Source: Glaucostegus cemiculus (Eukaryota). From it: a stretch of 64,000 bases of DNA. The notes beneath the pieces are model-generated. The model searched no databases, was not told where the DNA came from, and saw nothing but the letters and a program-made list of their open reading frames with translations. The position numbers were made by a program, and so were the translations under genes. Where the stretch lies: assembly GCA_976551045.1 (NCBI GenBank), contig CDPCPM010000037.1, positions 22,506,001 to 22,570,000 on the forward strand. Direction: 5' to 3'. The first letter of the stretch is position 1. Each line of letters starts with the position of its first letter. Below, piece after piece: positions 26,195 to 39,200 of the stretch.

Positions 26195-26544
26195 GTATTC
26201 AGGGATTTTATTTCTGCTGTCGCTTTGGAGTTGAACTGTGGTCAATTTAGAAATGAAAATGAAAAGTGCAAGGGGGTTTTGTGGGTGGAAAGATTCCTTT
26301 TTAAACATTTATTCCAGATGCCACAAGCAAGAAACAGGTCTGCCACCTATTGCTATAGTGTTAAGGCAGCCTAGTCGGAGTGTGAGAAGGGTGGAGGGGG
26401 GAGTGTGGAGGGGGGAGTGGAGAACAACATGGTCTGTTCCTTCTGTCTGGCCACCCCATTCCCATGCCATGAGTGGTTCCAAGTCACTGCACACTTTTCA
26501 GATCGGTGATCACTGCATGCAGCCCACAAGCACTGTTGCAACAG

Positions 26545-26830
26545 GTATTGTTGGTGCATTCAGTGAATTGGGTTCAATCCTGACGTCTGGCACTGTCTGT
26601 GGGGAATTTGTATGTTCTCCCTGGGAGCTTGGGTTTCATCCACATCCCAGAAATATGCTGGTTGGTTTCTGTGATTTTTTTTTTTCCTGCTACCCACCTA
26701 TACTAGAGCTAAATTAGAGTGCAGTTGATGGACACATGAGAGAATGAGTTATGGGGAAATAAGTAGGGGAAAAGGATTGCTCTGAGAGTGGGCACAGAAT
26801 TAATGGGCTGAATGGCTTTCCATGTTGTAA
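26545..26830 (+). mobile_element. Degenerate V-SINE copy
   Basis: gggttcaatcctg...ctgtctgtggggaatttgtatgttctccc; tail gggctgaatggc. Confidence 0.6.
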
Positions 26831-27764
26831 GAAAAATATAATAAAACAATTATACAATAGTATCAATGAAGGGACTAAAAAATTCTGCAACATTATTCTA
26901 GACATATTAAAAACAAGGCAGGGAGAAGTAGTGTGCAGGACATCAATATGAGGTGCAGACCCTTTAATTAACATTTCATTCTGGAAGCCTGTGCACTTGT
27001 TTGTTTTTTATCAGCTAATAACAGAGGTTAGAGGTTTCCCCCAGAAGCTCCAGTTCCTGCTGGCAGTGGAGTAAACTCATGCTGTGTGACCTCAAATGCC
27101 ATTGGTTACACAGCTGCTTCTGGGCAGATGTCAGCCGTGTTGAGGTGAATCCTGCATAGAAATGCCCAGGCCAATTTCCTGATGATTATTGATAAGCCCA
27201 GAAATGACTGCTTGGGAGATCTAATGTGTGCTTTGTGGCTTTTGGGCACTGTGCATGTATTTAAAAGAAAAGGGTGCAAATGAGCCCAATGATATTGAGA
27301 TCATTTATTGCAATGACTGTACTGACTGCTGCATTCAGTAAACATTGAGAAGTCATTGGCTGTGAAGTCCTCAGATTTGCCCTGAAGTTCTAAAAGGTGG
27401 AATATAAATCCATGTTTTTATTATATTATTTGGACTGTTCCAGAGATGTGGCATTTATATTATTATTTTATTTTTACTATTAAACCATTCACACCTTCAA
27501 AATAAATCTGGGAAATACTGAAACACATCTTGTCTACCAAGATGTATGAACTTCTGTCAGATCTGAAAATGAGTTTTATGAATAGCTTCACTTGAGTTTT
27601 TACAGACTTTATTAGTTTTTCTGGGTGTGCACTTAATTTTGAATTGTTTTTGTTTTCCACTGGCACATTAACATACAGTAATGTCATTGATGATCTCAGT
27701 CAGGTAGATTCAACAGATTTATGCACCAAAAGGTCAGAGGCTTGACACTAGGAAAAAGACACCA

Positions 27765-28060
27765 GGGTAGCGCAGTGGTGCAGCTAATAGTGCCAGAGAC
27801 CTGGGTTAAATCCTGATCTCTGGTGCTGTCTGTGTGGAGTTTGCACTTTCTCCCTGTGACTTATTGGGTTTCCTCCAAGTGTTCTGGTTTCCTCCCATCC
27901 CAAAGATAGGTTAATTGGCCACTATAAATTGCACAAGAATGTGGGTGAGTGATAGCTTCTGGGTGGGGGGGGGGGGGGGTGGGGGTGGTGGAAGCTGGTA
28001 ATGAGATTAATGTAGGCTTAGTGTAAAATGTGGGCCGTTTCCACTCTGTATCTCTATGAC
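27765..28060 (+). mobile_element. Older V-SINE copy
   Basis: gtggtgcagct...ctgggttaaatcctg...gctgtctgtgtggagtttgcactttctccctgtgac...gggtttcctcc; CR1-like tail. Confidence 0.75.
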
Positions 28061-28167
28061 TCTCAGAGCATAAAATATAGTGGCTGTCATTCTATAAATT
28101 TGGAAAGCTTCACATTTTAATACTGGAACATCTGTTTACCGAGAGTTCTCTTTTTTTGTGTGTGTAG

Positions 28168-28248
28168 ATTGCCAACAGTCCAGATCCAGGGAATGAAGTC
28201 ATAACAAGCTCTCAAGCTATTGTATCAGAAACTCCGCCTGCATCAGCT
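28168..28248 (+). CDS. EPB41L1: EPB41L1 exon (IANSPDPGNEVITSSQAIVSETPPASA)
   Basis: gtgtag/gtaggt; 81 nt, phase 0-0; similar to the next exon. Confidence 0.75.
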
Positions 28249-28357
28249 GTAGGTTGCTGACTATTAAGCTGGAAATTTTCACGATTTTTCCTTTTAAACT
28301 GAAGCAGTCCTTTTGAACCCTGAAATCTAAGCTGTATATATTTTACTACTTTTTCAG

Positions 28358-28450
28358 GTTGACAATAATAGTGGAGCTGTATCTGTAACAAGCTCTCAGT
28401 CTGTTACATCAGAAACTATATCTACATCAACCACTACTCATATCACCAAG
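28358..28450 (+). CDS. EPB41L1: EPB41L1 exon, start of 4.1 C-terminal domain (VDNNSGAVSVTSSQSVTSETISTSTTTHITK)
   Basis: ttttcag/aag|gtaaca; 93 nt; conserved 'ETxSTSTTTHxTK' CTD motif. Confidence 0.93.
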
Positions 28451-28584
28451 GTAACACTGCTCATAGATTGCTTGCACTGGGAATGCACCCAAAGCCAATA
28501 GAAATTAAATTATTTTTGTTAAAATTCCAAACACTTGGGTAGTTGCTGAGAAAGCACTTTACTTTTATCTTGAACTAACTGAAA

Positions 28585-28770
28585 GCAACACACACACAGT
28601 GCTAGAAGAACTCAAGAGGTCAAGCAGCATCTATGGAGGGAAATAAACAGTCGATGTCCCGGGTTGAGACTCTTCATCGGGATCCTGGGTGCTGTCTGAG
28701 CTGCTGAGTTCCTCCAGCATCTGGTGTGTGTTGCAGATTCCAGCATCGGCAGAATCTCTTGTGTCTCTGA
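28585..28770. mobile_element. Short fold-back derivative of the Penelope-like terminal repeat
   Basis: gcaacacacac...gaactca / tgagttcctccagcatctggtgtgtgttgc inverted arms; same family as 12460-12600. Confidence 0.7.
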
Positions 28771-28943
28771 ACTAACGGAAAGGTTATGATCTTGAGTGTT
28801 CATTTTTAATCTTGCCTTAACAGCTGAGGTGTTTTGCATTTTTGCTTCTGATTGTGTTCCATCTATCTTGTGTAGCCAAGTTGCTTGACATGTTAGCAGA
28901 AGTAACTGCAGTGGCGGTGTTCATTCTTTGTTAGTTTACATTA

Positions 28944-29380
28944 TAGAGTCAGAATTATACAGCACAGAAACAGGTCTTTTGGCCCAATGAGTCCATGCCA
29001 ACCAAGATTTCTTCCTGAGCTGGTCCCATTTGGCTCTTATGCCTCTAAACCTTTCCTATCCATGAACCTGTCCGTGTCTTCTAAATATTGTAATTTTACC
29101 CACCTCTACCACTTCCTCTGGCAGATCATTCTGTCTGTCCACCACCTTCAGTGTAGAAAAACACGTCCCTCAGGTCACCTTTAAATCTTCCCCCTCTCAC
29201 CTTAAACCTAAGCCCTCTAGTTTTAGACTCCCCTACCCTGGGAGAAAGACTATGACTATTTATCCTTTCTATGCCCCTCATAATTTTATAAACTTCCAAG
29301 GTCATCCTTTAACCTCCTTTGCTCCAGGGAAAACAGTCCCAGCCTATCCAATCTCTTCTTACAACTCAGTCCCTCCAGAC
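28944..29380 (-). mobile_element. CR1-clade LINE 3' fragment
   Basis: Reverse complement resembles 38650-39045 (tacagcacagaaacagg..., ttagactcccctaccctgg, cagtcccagcctatccaatctc). Confidence 0.8.
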
Positions 29381-30088
29381 CCAGTCACATGAACTGGACC
29401 ACTTGATGCTTCCCATCTGGAAAACTTCAAAGCACTTGAAAAGCACCAAAAATGTTGAAACAACTTGAAGAAAGCTGACAACACAAAAGCACTCATTAAT
29501 CTAGGTTTATGACCAACTGCAAAGTGGTGATCAATGAAACAAAATACCATTTTTAATAATATAGATTTCAGATACTTGCCAGTATTTTGTGGATGATATT
29601 GTGCAGTCCAGCCTATTTTCTGTGTTTTTAGCATTTGGCTTGGTGGGGTGAGGGGAAACAATTGCAAATGAGAATGAATGAACTGAGCTTGTAATCTGAG
29701 CTGTATAAATAACCCAAGAAGTGAAAACAGAAGTGTGGATTTTGTATTGGTAGTTGTTGGAACCTTCCCTTTCAGTCCTATCTGTTTTTCAGTTGATCTT
29801 CATTGCCTTGTCTATTCTTTCAGCAACATGAATACATAAAATAATTACATTGAGCATTTTCCACGGTGAGCAATCCTGAGCTCTCCTCACACACCTTGTG
29901 TTTCTTAAGCTGTTTGATTCTGATTATGCCTTTTAATGCTGCTACCACCAAACCTATCCCAATTCCTGTTTTCTACTTGTCAATTTATTTAACAGATGCT
30001 ATTGATTCCTCTTCTTTCACCTTTAATAACCATTCCTTGCTACATTGTAATTTAACGTCATGGTATTTGGTTTCCTCCTTTCCCATTT

Positions 30089-30428
30089 AATCAGTCAGTT
30101 TTATTGTCACAACCATATACATACATAGTATGCATAGGAGTGAGATACCGTCCTCCTCAGGTGCTCGTCCCATAAAAAATAACAACCAACAGAGACACAC
30201 ATACACACTTGGCAGAATACACAGTACAAAACATTACACATTAGAAGCGATGGAGATTGAAATTAAATTATTACGCAGATTAAATTAAAAATGGCCAGTA
30301 ACTAAATAAATAGTTCTTAAAGTGAACGGGCTGGTGTCGGGCATTTATAGTGCTTGTGCATTTCTGTGCACCTAGCATCTCTTAGTGTTAACAAAGGAAG
30401 ATGGAGGGATGAGAGAGTTTGCAGTTCT
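30089..30428 (-). mobile_element. Second, shorter copy of the Rex1/Babar-like 3' end
   Basis: Long near-identical stretches shared with 60695-60980, e.g. cttaaagtgaacgggctggtgtc...gatgagagagtttgcagttct. Confidence 0.85.
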
Positions 30429-30679
30429 GACCTCCAATTCCCCCTTCCTCGTCCTCCCTAACCCCCTGCCATTTGAGTGTATGAGCATTTTGAAAGTGGG
30501 AACCTGCATTTATATAAACATCTTTTGTGAACTCTGATCCTTCCAAAATGTTTCACAACTTGAAGTATTTTTAAAGTGTACTAACTCTTGTAAGGAAATA
30601 CAGCAGCCAAATTGTATATAACTAGATCCTAGAACCAACACCAAGAAATAGATGGCACTTCAGATTAGTGATTTAAAAA

Positions 30680-31005
30680 AAATTGAGGAGGATAGAAAGG
30701 GTAGATAGTAAAAGACTTTTTTTTTCCCATGACAGTCTGTGTAAAATTAGAGGACATAGTTTTAATGTAAGGGGTAGTAGGTCTAGTGGGGAACTGAGGA
30801 GGAATTTTTTCACCCAGATGGTGGGTAGGATCTGGATCACACAGCCTGAGGGGTGATAGAGGCTGAGACTCTCACTGCATTTGCAAAGTGTCTTCACAGG
30901 CATTAAAATCACTAAAACCTAGAAGGCAGTGGGCCAATTGTTGGAATGTTGGATTAGTGTGAATGGATATGCATGGCTCTGTTTCTGTGCTCTATGACTA
31001 TCTGA
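30680..31005 (+). mobile_element. CR1-clade LINE 3' fragment
   Basis: agaggacatagttttaatgtaagggg...ctgaggaggaattttttcacccagatggtgg...ctgtgctctatgac. Confidence 0.7.
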
Positions 31006-31607
31006 CTTAATAGTAGGATATTTCCAGAGTGTCTGTTTTGTTTTGGATTTTTAGCATCTTCAGTGTTTTGTTCTTGAATAAAAATTCCAATTCTGGATTG
31101 CATTATTTTCTCATGCTCCTGAGAAACAGCAAAGACTATTTCCTCTGTTCTTCCCCTTACTCAGTTAGTGAAGAGGAGTAATGTGGGGGGGGGGGGGGGG
31201 GGAGAAAAAAAAATTGAAAAATCTGAACTGGTAAAACAAAGATGGGATGGAAAAATTTCTAGTCAATTCTACTTTTGTCAGTGATAAAATCTGATGAACC
31301 AGTTAGCATAATGTGCCGTGGGAATTGTGCATAATTTTTCTTTTGATTCAGATATTTTGATACAGTGCCAAACATTTGATTTCCTGATCTACATTTTGAT
31401 CAGTTGGGTTTCTAACATACAAGGAAAACTAATTGTCATCTCCAGAATTGCCAAAATAAGTTGCCAAGAAACCCTCGCAGGTTTTGACCAGTACAGAGAG
31501 CATGCTGTTTCCCCACATGCACACCCTGATGGCAAAGGTCCACAGAGTTGACAAAGCACTTTTCTTTGTTCATATTGTATTTCTAAAATATATTATTATT
31601 TATCCAG

Positions 31608-31688
31608 TCAGTGAAAGGGGGATTCTCTGAAACCAGGATTGAGAAGAGAATCATCATCACAGGAGATGCTGACATTGATCAAGACCAG
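31608..31688 (+). CDS. EPB41L1: EPB41L1 CTD exon ([27 protein letters not shown])
   Basis: tccag/cag|gtacaa; 81 nt; hallmark 4.1 CTD sequence. Confidence 0.97.
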
Positions 31689-32838
31689 GTACAAAATCTA
31701 TAATACAACCATTTCATCATGTGATTCTTGCACAGGCCTATGGTGTTGAATTAAAGGAAAAGGAACTTTTATTTACATAGTGATATTTTCAGTGACCACC
31801 AATAGGAGAGAAAATAGATTTTGCTGCTTTCTGTAGTGATATGGCAATATATAGGAAAATAAGTACTGACTATGTAGTGCAGTAGAACGATTACGTGGAG
31901 GAAAATATTTTGCACTGATTTCACGAATGCAGTATGTTGTATGAATGAGCACTTGTGTAGACTGCAGTTTAACATACTGATGTCCCAATACAGCTTATAT
32001 TTCAATTATAAATAAAGTATGCTTTCTGGTAATCAGTACAATGGTCATGTCAATACTGGAAGCTGTTGTTGATACGTTCTGAACATCTTAAATATTTACG
32101 AGAGAGAGAAAGATTGAGATTCATAGTTGATATTAATTTTCCACAGTTATTAATTTTCTATAGTTAATATTTTTAATTTTCAAAAATTAGTAACCCAAAT
32201 TTTAACTCAAACCAGTGGTATGGATGGAGCCGGTGAGGGTGCAGTCATTCTCAGTTTGTTGGATTTAAACCCCTGGGACTATCTGCATAGACCTGTCAGT
32301 CTCCTGGTAGAATTCAAAGAGCAGCACCTGTGTGGAGGGTGGGTATAGATTATGGAGCTGCTGTTGAGGACCCAAAGAAACAGTCTCCAACATCTAACAG
32401 AAGGTTGGGGTTCAGACAGACTTCTTGGTTGCCTTCCCAAAACACCCTTCCTGTGACTTGTCGAGCTGTTCTGATCCTTCCTTTGCTGGCTGACATCTTG
32501 TATTTTCTGGAATTCCGTTCCATTGGCATGAAGGTGGGTTCAGAGATTTCAAGTCACTGCCATGTCATTGTTTCTGGGGTCAAAAATGGGGTTGGTAGGC
32601 ACCTAGATTCCCTTTTGCCTGATATCTTCTGCCACCTTTATTGTTAAGGTCACCATATACGTTTAAAAATGATCCAAGAAAGATTATGATTTGTAATCCA
32701 TCAGACAATGTGTCTTTAGTTTCTAAACTCTACAGAACAAAGAAATCAGTGTGTTACTGTAATTCCTTAATTTATCTAGCAACCAATTTTCAGTAGGGCT
32801 CTACCTTTGTGTATCACTAATTAAACTGTGCACTCTAG

Positions 32839-32955
32839 GCTCTGGCCCTTGCAATTAAGGAGGTGAAACAGCAACACCCTGACATGCTGGTGAAAAAGGC
32901 AGTTGTTTATAAAGAATCAGAGTCTGAAACTGAGCAGAATGCAAAGGAATCAAAG
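32839..32955 (+). CDS. EPB41L1: EPB41L1 CTD exon ([39 protein letters not shown])
   Basis: ctctag/aag|gtatgt; 117 nt; matches 4.1N '[24 protein letters not shown]'. Confidence 0.96.
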
Positions 32956-33844
32956 GTATGTTAATTTGGTGTTCATCATTTTTATTAATATGATCACTCT
33001 TTGTCACTATTTCTTCTCTCCTATTTGCCTTCTGCAGATCATTTAATGCTACATCTCTTCATTCAGCTATTCTATCAATAATATTTCTTTGTAGATACAT
33101 TAAGTGTAACTGTGTCAGATGAGATTGAGAGGCAGTAATCTAAAAGCCTAAAGCTGCTTAATTAGGCAGTAAGTACTCAACTTTCTCAGTTCACAGTTGA
33201 CATCAAGTTTTGTATTGACTGCTAGTCTCCACTAATTGATTCAACTCAATGTTTTAATCAACATTTTTGGGTTCCCGTTGAAAGAAACTACCAAATGTTT
33301 GTTAGAATTAAGCATGATTCTTTATCTAAGATGTGCAAAAAAGGAATGATCACTTTAGAAAACTTATTTGATTTTCAAAACTACAGTATGAGAAGAGCAG
33401 GATTTGTTGGTGGAATTTCTGAATTGTTCACAGGATAAATTATGTTCACAAATGCAGGCTTACAAGTTGTACGATTAAAAATAATGTGAGCAATCTTTTT
33501 CGTTCTTTACAAAAAGATACTTTTGAATGAGTTCTAAAATAAGGGCAACTAAAGTGGGTTGGTCCTTGAAGTTTCCATTGAGAAAGGAGATTCGTGTATC
33601 TAAACTTGGTCTCTGGAGAAAAGACAATTGAAGAACTCTGTCATTCAAGACTTCAAAATACTAAAAAGCACAAAAAAATAAATGTGTTATTAACTAAATA
33701 AAATGGTGATTGCAAAACCATAGGTGATTCTGAGGGGAATATCATGAGATGGTATTTGTAGATGCTCTTATAATTGCTTGTTTTGAAGTGCAACATAATT
33801 CAATTTTAAAATAACAGGAGTACCCAGCAATAGATCTGTCATGC

Positions 33845-34525
33845 AACAAACACAGAAGAACTCAGCTAGCTGAGCATTATCTGTGGAAAGAGAAAGCAGT
33901 TAATGTTTCAGGTCGGAGATCCAAATGCAGAATGGATGATTGCTCAGGGTCACTTATGCTCAGTCCATAGGAGTGACTCTGAGCTTTCTGGATGCTGACA
34001 ATTTTAATTCACCACCCCACTCCCACTCTGACCTCTGCCTGTGGCCTCCTGCACTGTTACAACATGTAAGCTTTAAAAAACCCTCATTTTTCATCTGGAC
34101 ACCTTGCTACCTGCAGGACACAATATTGGATTCTCCAACTTCAGATAACTTGCTCTTTCTTTCTGTTTGTATCAGGAACTGGCCAATTGTACATGCTGTT
34201 CCTCTTCCTTTTTTTAAATTTTCGTATTTATGTTCTGGCCTGCTCAGCACATCCCAGTAGGCCAGACCATACAACATCACCAGATTTCACAACATTAGCA
34301 ACACATTCCAGAGACAAAGGAGCTCAAATGTCTGTCCAGTGGCTGTCCATTTCACCCCATTGCTGACGTTCCCTTTGTTCCACCCATTGCCCACCTCCAT
34401 TTTCTCTCCCACTTAGACTGACTAACTTTCTCTCTTTCTCAGTTCTGATGAAGAGTCTTAGACTTGAAACATTGACCAGTTTCTCCTTCCACAGTTGCTC
34501 CTTGACTGGTTTTCTTCCAGCATTT
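33845..34525 (+). mobile_element. Penelope-like element fragment with inverted terminal repeats
   Basis: 33990-34145 encodes degenerate 'FNSPPHSHSDL...' GIY-YIG end; 33850-33925 and 34430-34525 are inverted copies of the terminal motif. Confidence 0.65.
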
Positions 34526-35634
34526 AGGTTTATTTATTTCCAATATATGATGAAAAGTGGTCTTGAATTATACGGTGGTTATTTTTGGTTCAGTGAAATG
34601 GTATTGTTTCCTCAGTTTTTAACATTGCTAACCAGGCATTTTGCCAAAAAATGTAATAAATTGCTAACACACAATTTTATAGATGCGACAAAGAAAAACA
34701 AATTTTTGAGTTGGTCCTTTGGTTAGTGTTAAAAAACTAAAAACGTCAAACCTTAGTACAAAAATTCTGTCAAGAACCTGTACCTAATACTTCTAAAGTA
34801 AATACAGCAGGATGAGAAAAGCTGAATAAAAAGATTGAAAGTTATAAATAGTAGATCACATTCTGTAGAGAACATGATGGGGATAAAATGCTAGTCATCC
34901 ATGGGATGCAAGTGGACAGGGCTGAATTGAGTGGATTAATTTCTTTCAGTTTAAGCTGCATTGCCTGAAAAAATTATAGTGTTGTTGTCTTGGGCAATTT
35001 ACTTTCTTTGCTTAGAGTGGGTTGAATAGATTACATGACACAAAATTCTACGTCCATTGAGTGGACAGGATTATCAGGCAAATTGGCCTCTTATTTCATG
35101 CCACCTTGTATTATCTTTTCCACTGATTCAAGCTGATAGTTGCATCAGTGCATCAGATGGGCTAGAAATTCATTGTCTGGCTATAATTGACAAAAATTTA
35201 GAAAATGGACATCCTAATAACTGATGCAAGGCTGCCAACCACTTAGATTTACATTTAGCACTTTAATTACATGTAATTTTAAATTTACCATCTGTCATAC
35301 ATTTGACTCTCTAAATTCTTACTTTAATAGATGGTTACAGAGTGCTTTCAAATCCAATGAATTTTTAGACGTCCAGGATTTTTGACAGCCTCTTTAATGG
35401 AGTAATGAATTGTTTTACAGCCTTGCTCCATTACCTCTGGCTATTATGCTAAAGTCTGAGCAAATATTTCAAAACTTTTCCATTTGTGCTGCAATAAATA
35501 GTTCTTAGTCCATCAACTCAATATATAATCCACACATTATTTTGTTTTTGTAGAGGTAAAAACTGTACACATTTCTACTAACTTTTCAACTATTCACTTA
35601 AACACTTCCTTATCACTGAAAGAATAAGCATTTA

Positions 35635-35810
35635 CAACCATCGAACAATACAGCACAATACAGGCCCTTCGACCCATCATGTTGTGCTGACCTTTAAATC
35701 ATGCCTAAGACTAACCCCTTCCTCCCACATATCCCCCTATTTTAAATTCCTCCATATGCTTATCTAACAATCTCTTGAACTTGACCAACGTATCAGCCTC
35801 CACCACCACA
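35635..35810 (-). mobile_element. CR1-type LINE tail fragment
   Basis: accatcgaacaatacagcacaatacaggcccttcgacccatcatgttgtgctgacc...gtatcagcctccaccacc. Confidence 0.7.
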
Positions 35811-36243
35811 TTTGACACATTTCTAATTTAGAAATATTCCTTTAGGCATCCTACTCTTTTAAAAAAAAAATGTAACCCTCTGAAATACCTTTTGATGTAC
35901 AAGTACACCGCCAACTGTGGCAGTGAGCTATATTAAATAGGATCACCCATGCACAATTCCATGTGTGTTTGTTAATAATTCACACCTAGTACAGTGAGAG
36001 GGCACTGCAGTACCTTTGCTGGTGAGTGAAGTATCTGTCCACTTTTGGTCTTTGTCCAGTGACTCCTGGTCAAAAAAAAAATGAAAACAGGAAAAGTTGT
36101 GACTGCACCAACTGAGAGCCAAGTAACTTTTCAACATTTTATGTTCAGAACGGGTTGGGGTAAGGAGTCAGGTGGGGAAAGTAAATGGCTGATGGAGGTG
36201 CATTGGAATAATTAAAAAAAAACATTTTCTTCTTCTCCTTTAG

Positions 36244-36249
36244 GAGTAA
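36244..36249 (+). CDS. EPB41L1: EPB41L1 terminal exon coding part (E-stop)
   Basis: Strong pyrimidine tract ttttcttcttctcctttag followed by GAG TAA TAA; mammalian 4.1N ends similarly (…ES-stop). Confidence 0.8.
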   Translation, partial: E

Positions 36250-39200
36250 TAATGTGGAAGTGCAACTCCACAAATCACGTTGGAGAAACATGGAATCATA
36301 CAGTTGCTCTCATCAACACAGAATTTTGCTGCCTTGTAATTTCACACAGAAGAAATGGGAAAGAATATCATTATTAATATAAAAAATATACTCCTGCTGT
36401 GCAAAAAGAAATTTCAGTTCCAATCACCGCCAAGAAAGTAAAACATTCGCAATTCCAGAACACGCATGTTGAAGGGAAAGTAAGCCAAAACTAGAACTTC
36501 TAACCATCATTCTACAATATGAGCTTTTCCAGCAAGCATAACCACACCCCACAGGGGAGCATCTTTCATGGAGATGGAAGCAAGATCTTGCAACTAATGT
36601 TTAATAACACATGCTTATGCTATGGGTGTCAATTAAATTTCTTCCTTTTTGATCTGTTAATAAAGGTCAGCACCTATCATACAAAATATCCTATGGAAAT
36701 GAATGGCACATATTGGTTCCCAATTTTGGATGTGCATTAATTTATATTGAAGTATGCTTATCTGGTAATATAAAGATTGGATGTAATCCTCATCTGAGGT
36801 TTGTAATATTCAAATGGTTACCTGGTGTTGGTTTTTAAACTGACGCTCGGTTTGACAGCTGTTCGTGTTTTTTTTGTAAAATAAAAGAAATCTTAATTAT
36901 TTGAAAGTGAATAATTTTAGGCAAATGAGTTTTCACAAATGTCTTAATCAAATGATAGTGGATAGAAATTTGTTAGCACACAACTAGCTGTTCCAGGTGA
37001 TGTGTATAGGAAGTTGATCAAAATAGTGGTTCAGTAAAAATACTTAGCAATGGTTCACAAAGGACAGAATGTTTTGTTCCAAAATTGATTTCCTCTCCAT
37101 TCCATTGCACTATGAGCATACTGGGATTTTTTTTCCCCCTTGGTTTGTTCTGAATTCTTTAGAACAGTTACAGTAAAGAGATACATTTGTTCATAATGCT
37201 TGCAAAGGACTATTCAGCATTGCTGAGTATACAGATGCATTGCTTTACATAGCATGACATGAGACATCATTTATACATAACTCATCATTAGTATTAAGGC
37301 ACTTTGATTACTGCATATCAGATTACTGTACATGCAGTTGCATATGATGTCAAATGCCTTGTGCATGCTTAGATGATGCAATGAACAGCTGAGAGAAGCA
37401 AAATATTTGCACAATTGGCATTTAATCAATTGTCATTCATTTGTTTACCATTGCTAAATATATTTTTGATAGGATTGTTTTAGTGATTTATCCAAGATTT
37501 TAAAATGACCATGAGTGATGAAGTATTTGAAAATCTTTCCATTTGTATCAACAACTGACATGAATTTGTGTGCATGAGTGCAATGACGCACTTTAATACA
37601 GATATGAAATGCGCCATCATTGCTTTTATCCCCTTCTACAGCTCTATGATATGTATTCATTGTATCCTTTTACTTCAAAGTGAAATAAATGTGCCAGATG
37701 CATCTCCTGTGCCCTTTGTTTATATATTCAAAAGGATGTGAATTATTGAGTAGCTTTGCTGCCGTGGAGGTGCCAATGCTGTTGATGAACATTTGAAAGG
37801 ATGTTGAACTATTTGAAGCTGTTGGTTAGGACATCTTTACAAATTATCAACTACAATGCATTGAAAATATACCATGAGATGTTCATGTGCAAACACTGAA
37901 TGACAAATTTTCACAACCACAGGAGAACCTCCCTGTTGTAGTCACACCTACTGACAACTACAGGAAAAGTGTGTGTGTGTGTGTATACAGTGAGGTGAAA
38001 CTTTCTGCTCACAGCAATATTATATCAGGGACTTGCTGGAAATTCCCCTCTCAGCTGCCTTAGTCAAAGTGCTTAAAATGAACCATGTCTACAGCAAGAT
38101 AATGGAAAAAGGGAATTCAAACACATTACACCTTAGAAATCCACACCCTGGTTTGGAACTGGTTAACTCGGTATATAGAGAAAACAGCATGTTATACTCT
38201 ATTGGCAAATAAAGTATGCTACTATAGAAAGCACTTAATACCACCAACCCAGGATGAATTTCTAAGGGTATTCGTTCATACTTTGGAATCCAACTGTGTA
38301 TTTTTGTGGCATGGGTGATTAAAATTTGTCAGATCTATGGTTTTTAGGCTAATTCTGAGTTAAATATGAGAAGTATTGAAGAGTGCACTTTTGAAATAGA
38401 GTGAAATGCATTTTATAATTTACATGTTCAAGAATTAACATCAGAAGTGGATATGTAATATCTGATTTTCAAGTCACAATAGCATTTGACTCAGGATAGT
38501 TTACCACTTCCCTGCTTCAATTGCATATCTTTGCATATTCAGTGTATGCCCAGTTATGGGCAATGTTGTGAAGGGGTGCAAAAAAGATTTACAAAGTTGT
38601 TACTGGGACTGGAAGGTTTGAGTTATAAAGAGAGGCTCGGACTGTTTTTTTTCCCTGGAGCAAAAGGAGGCTGAGGGATGACCTTATGGTGCTTTATAAC
38701 ACCCATGAGGGTCATAGATAAGGTGAATAGCCACAGTCTTTTCTTCAGGGTAGGGGAGTCCAAAACTTGAGGGCATAGACTTAGAGGGAAAGATTTAAGA
38801 GACCTGAGGGGCAACTTTTTCTACACAGAAGGCAGTTCATATATGGAACAAGGTGCCAGAGGAAGTGGTAGAGGCAGGTACAATAATGACATTTAAGAGT
38901 CATTTGGATAGGAACATGGATGGGGAAGGTTTAGAAGGATATGGGCTAAAAGCAGGCAAATGGGACTAGTTCAGTTTGGCAACTTGGTCGGCATGAGCCA
39001 GTTGTGCTAAAGGGTCTGTTGTCCATGCTGTACAGATCTATGATTTGAGCACTGATTTTTAGCATTGCCTATATCATTAACTGTATTAAATTTATCTGTT
39101 TTAAAGTAAAGAAGGTGATTAATTAAACTGCAATTGGGTGGGAAGGGCTCGAGTCAGGCTGCAAGGCCTCAGCAACTGAAGGCACAGAAATATTTTAAAT

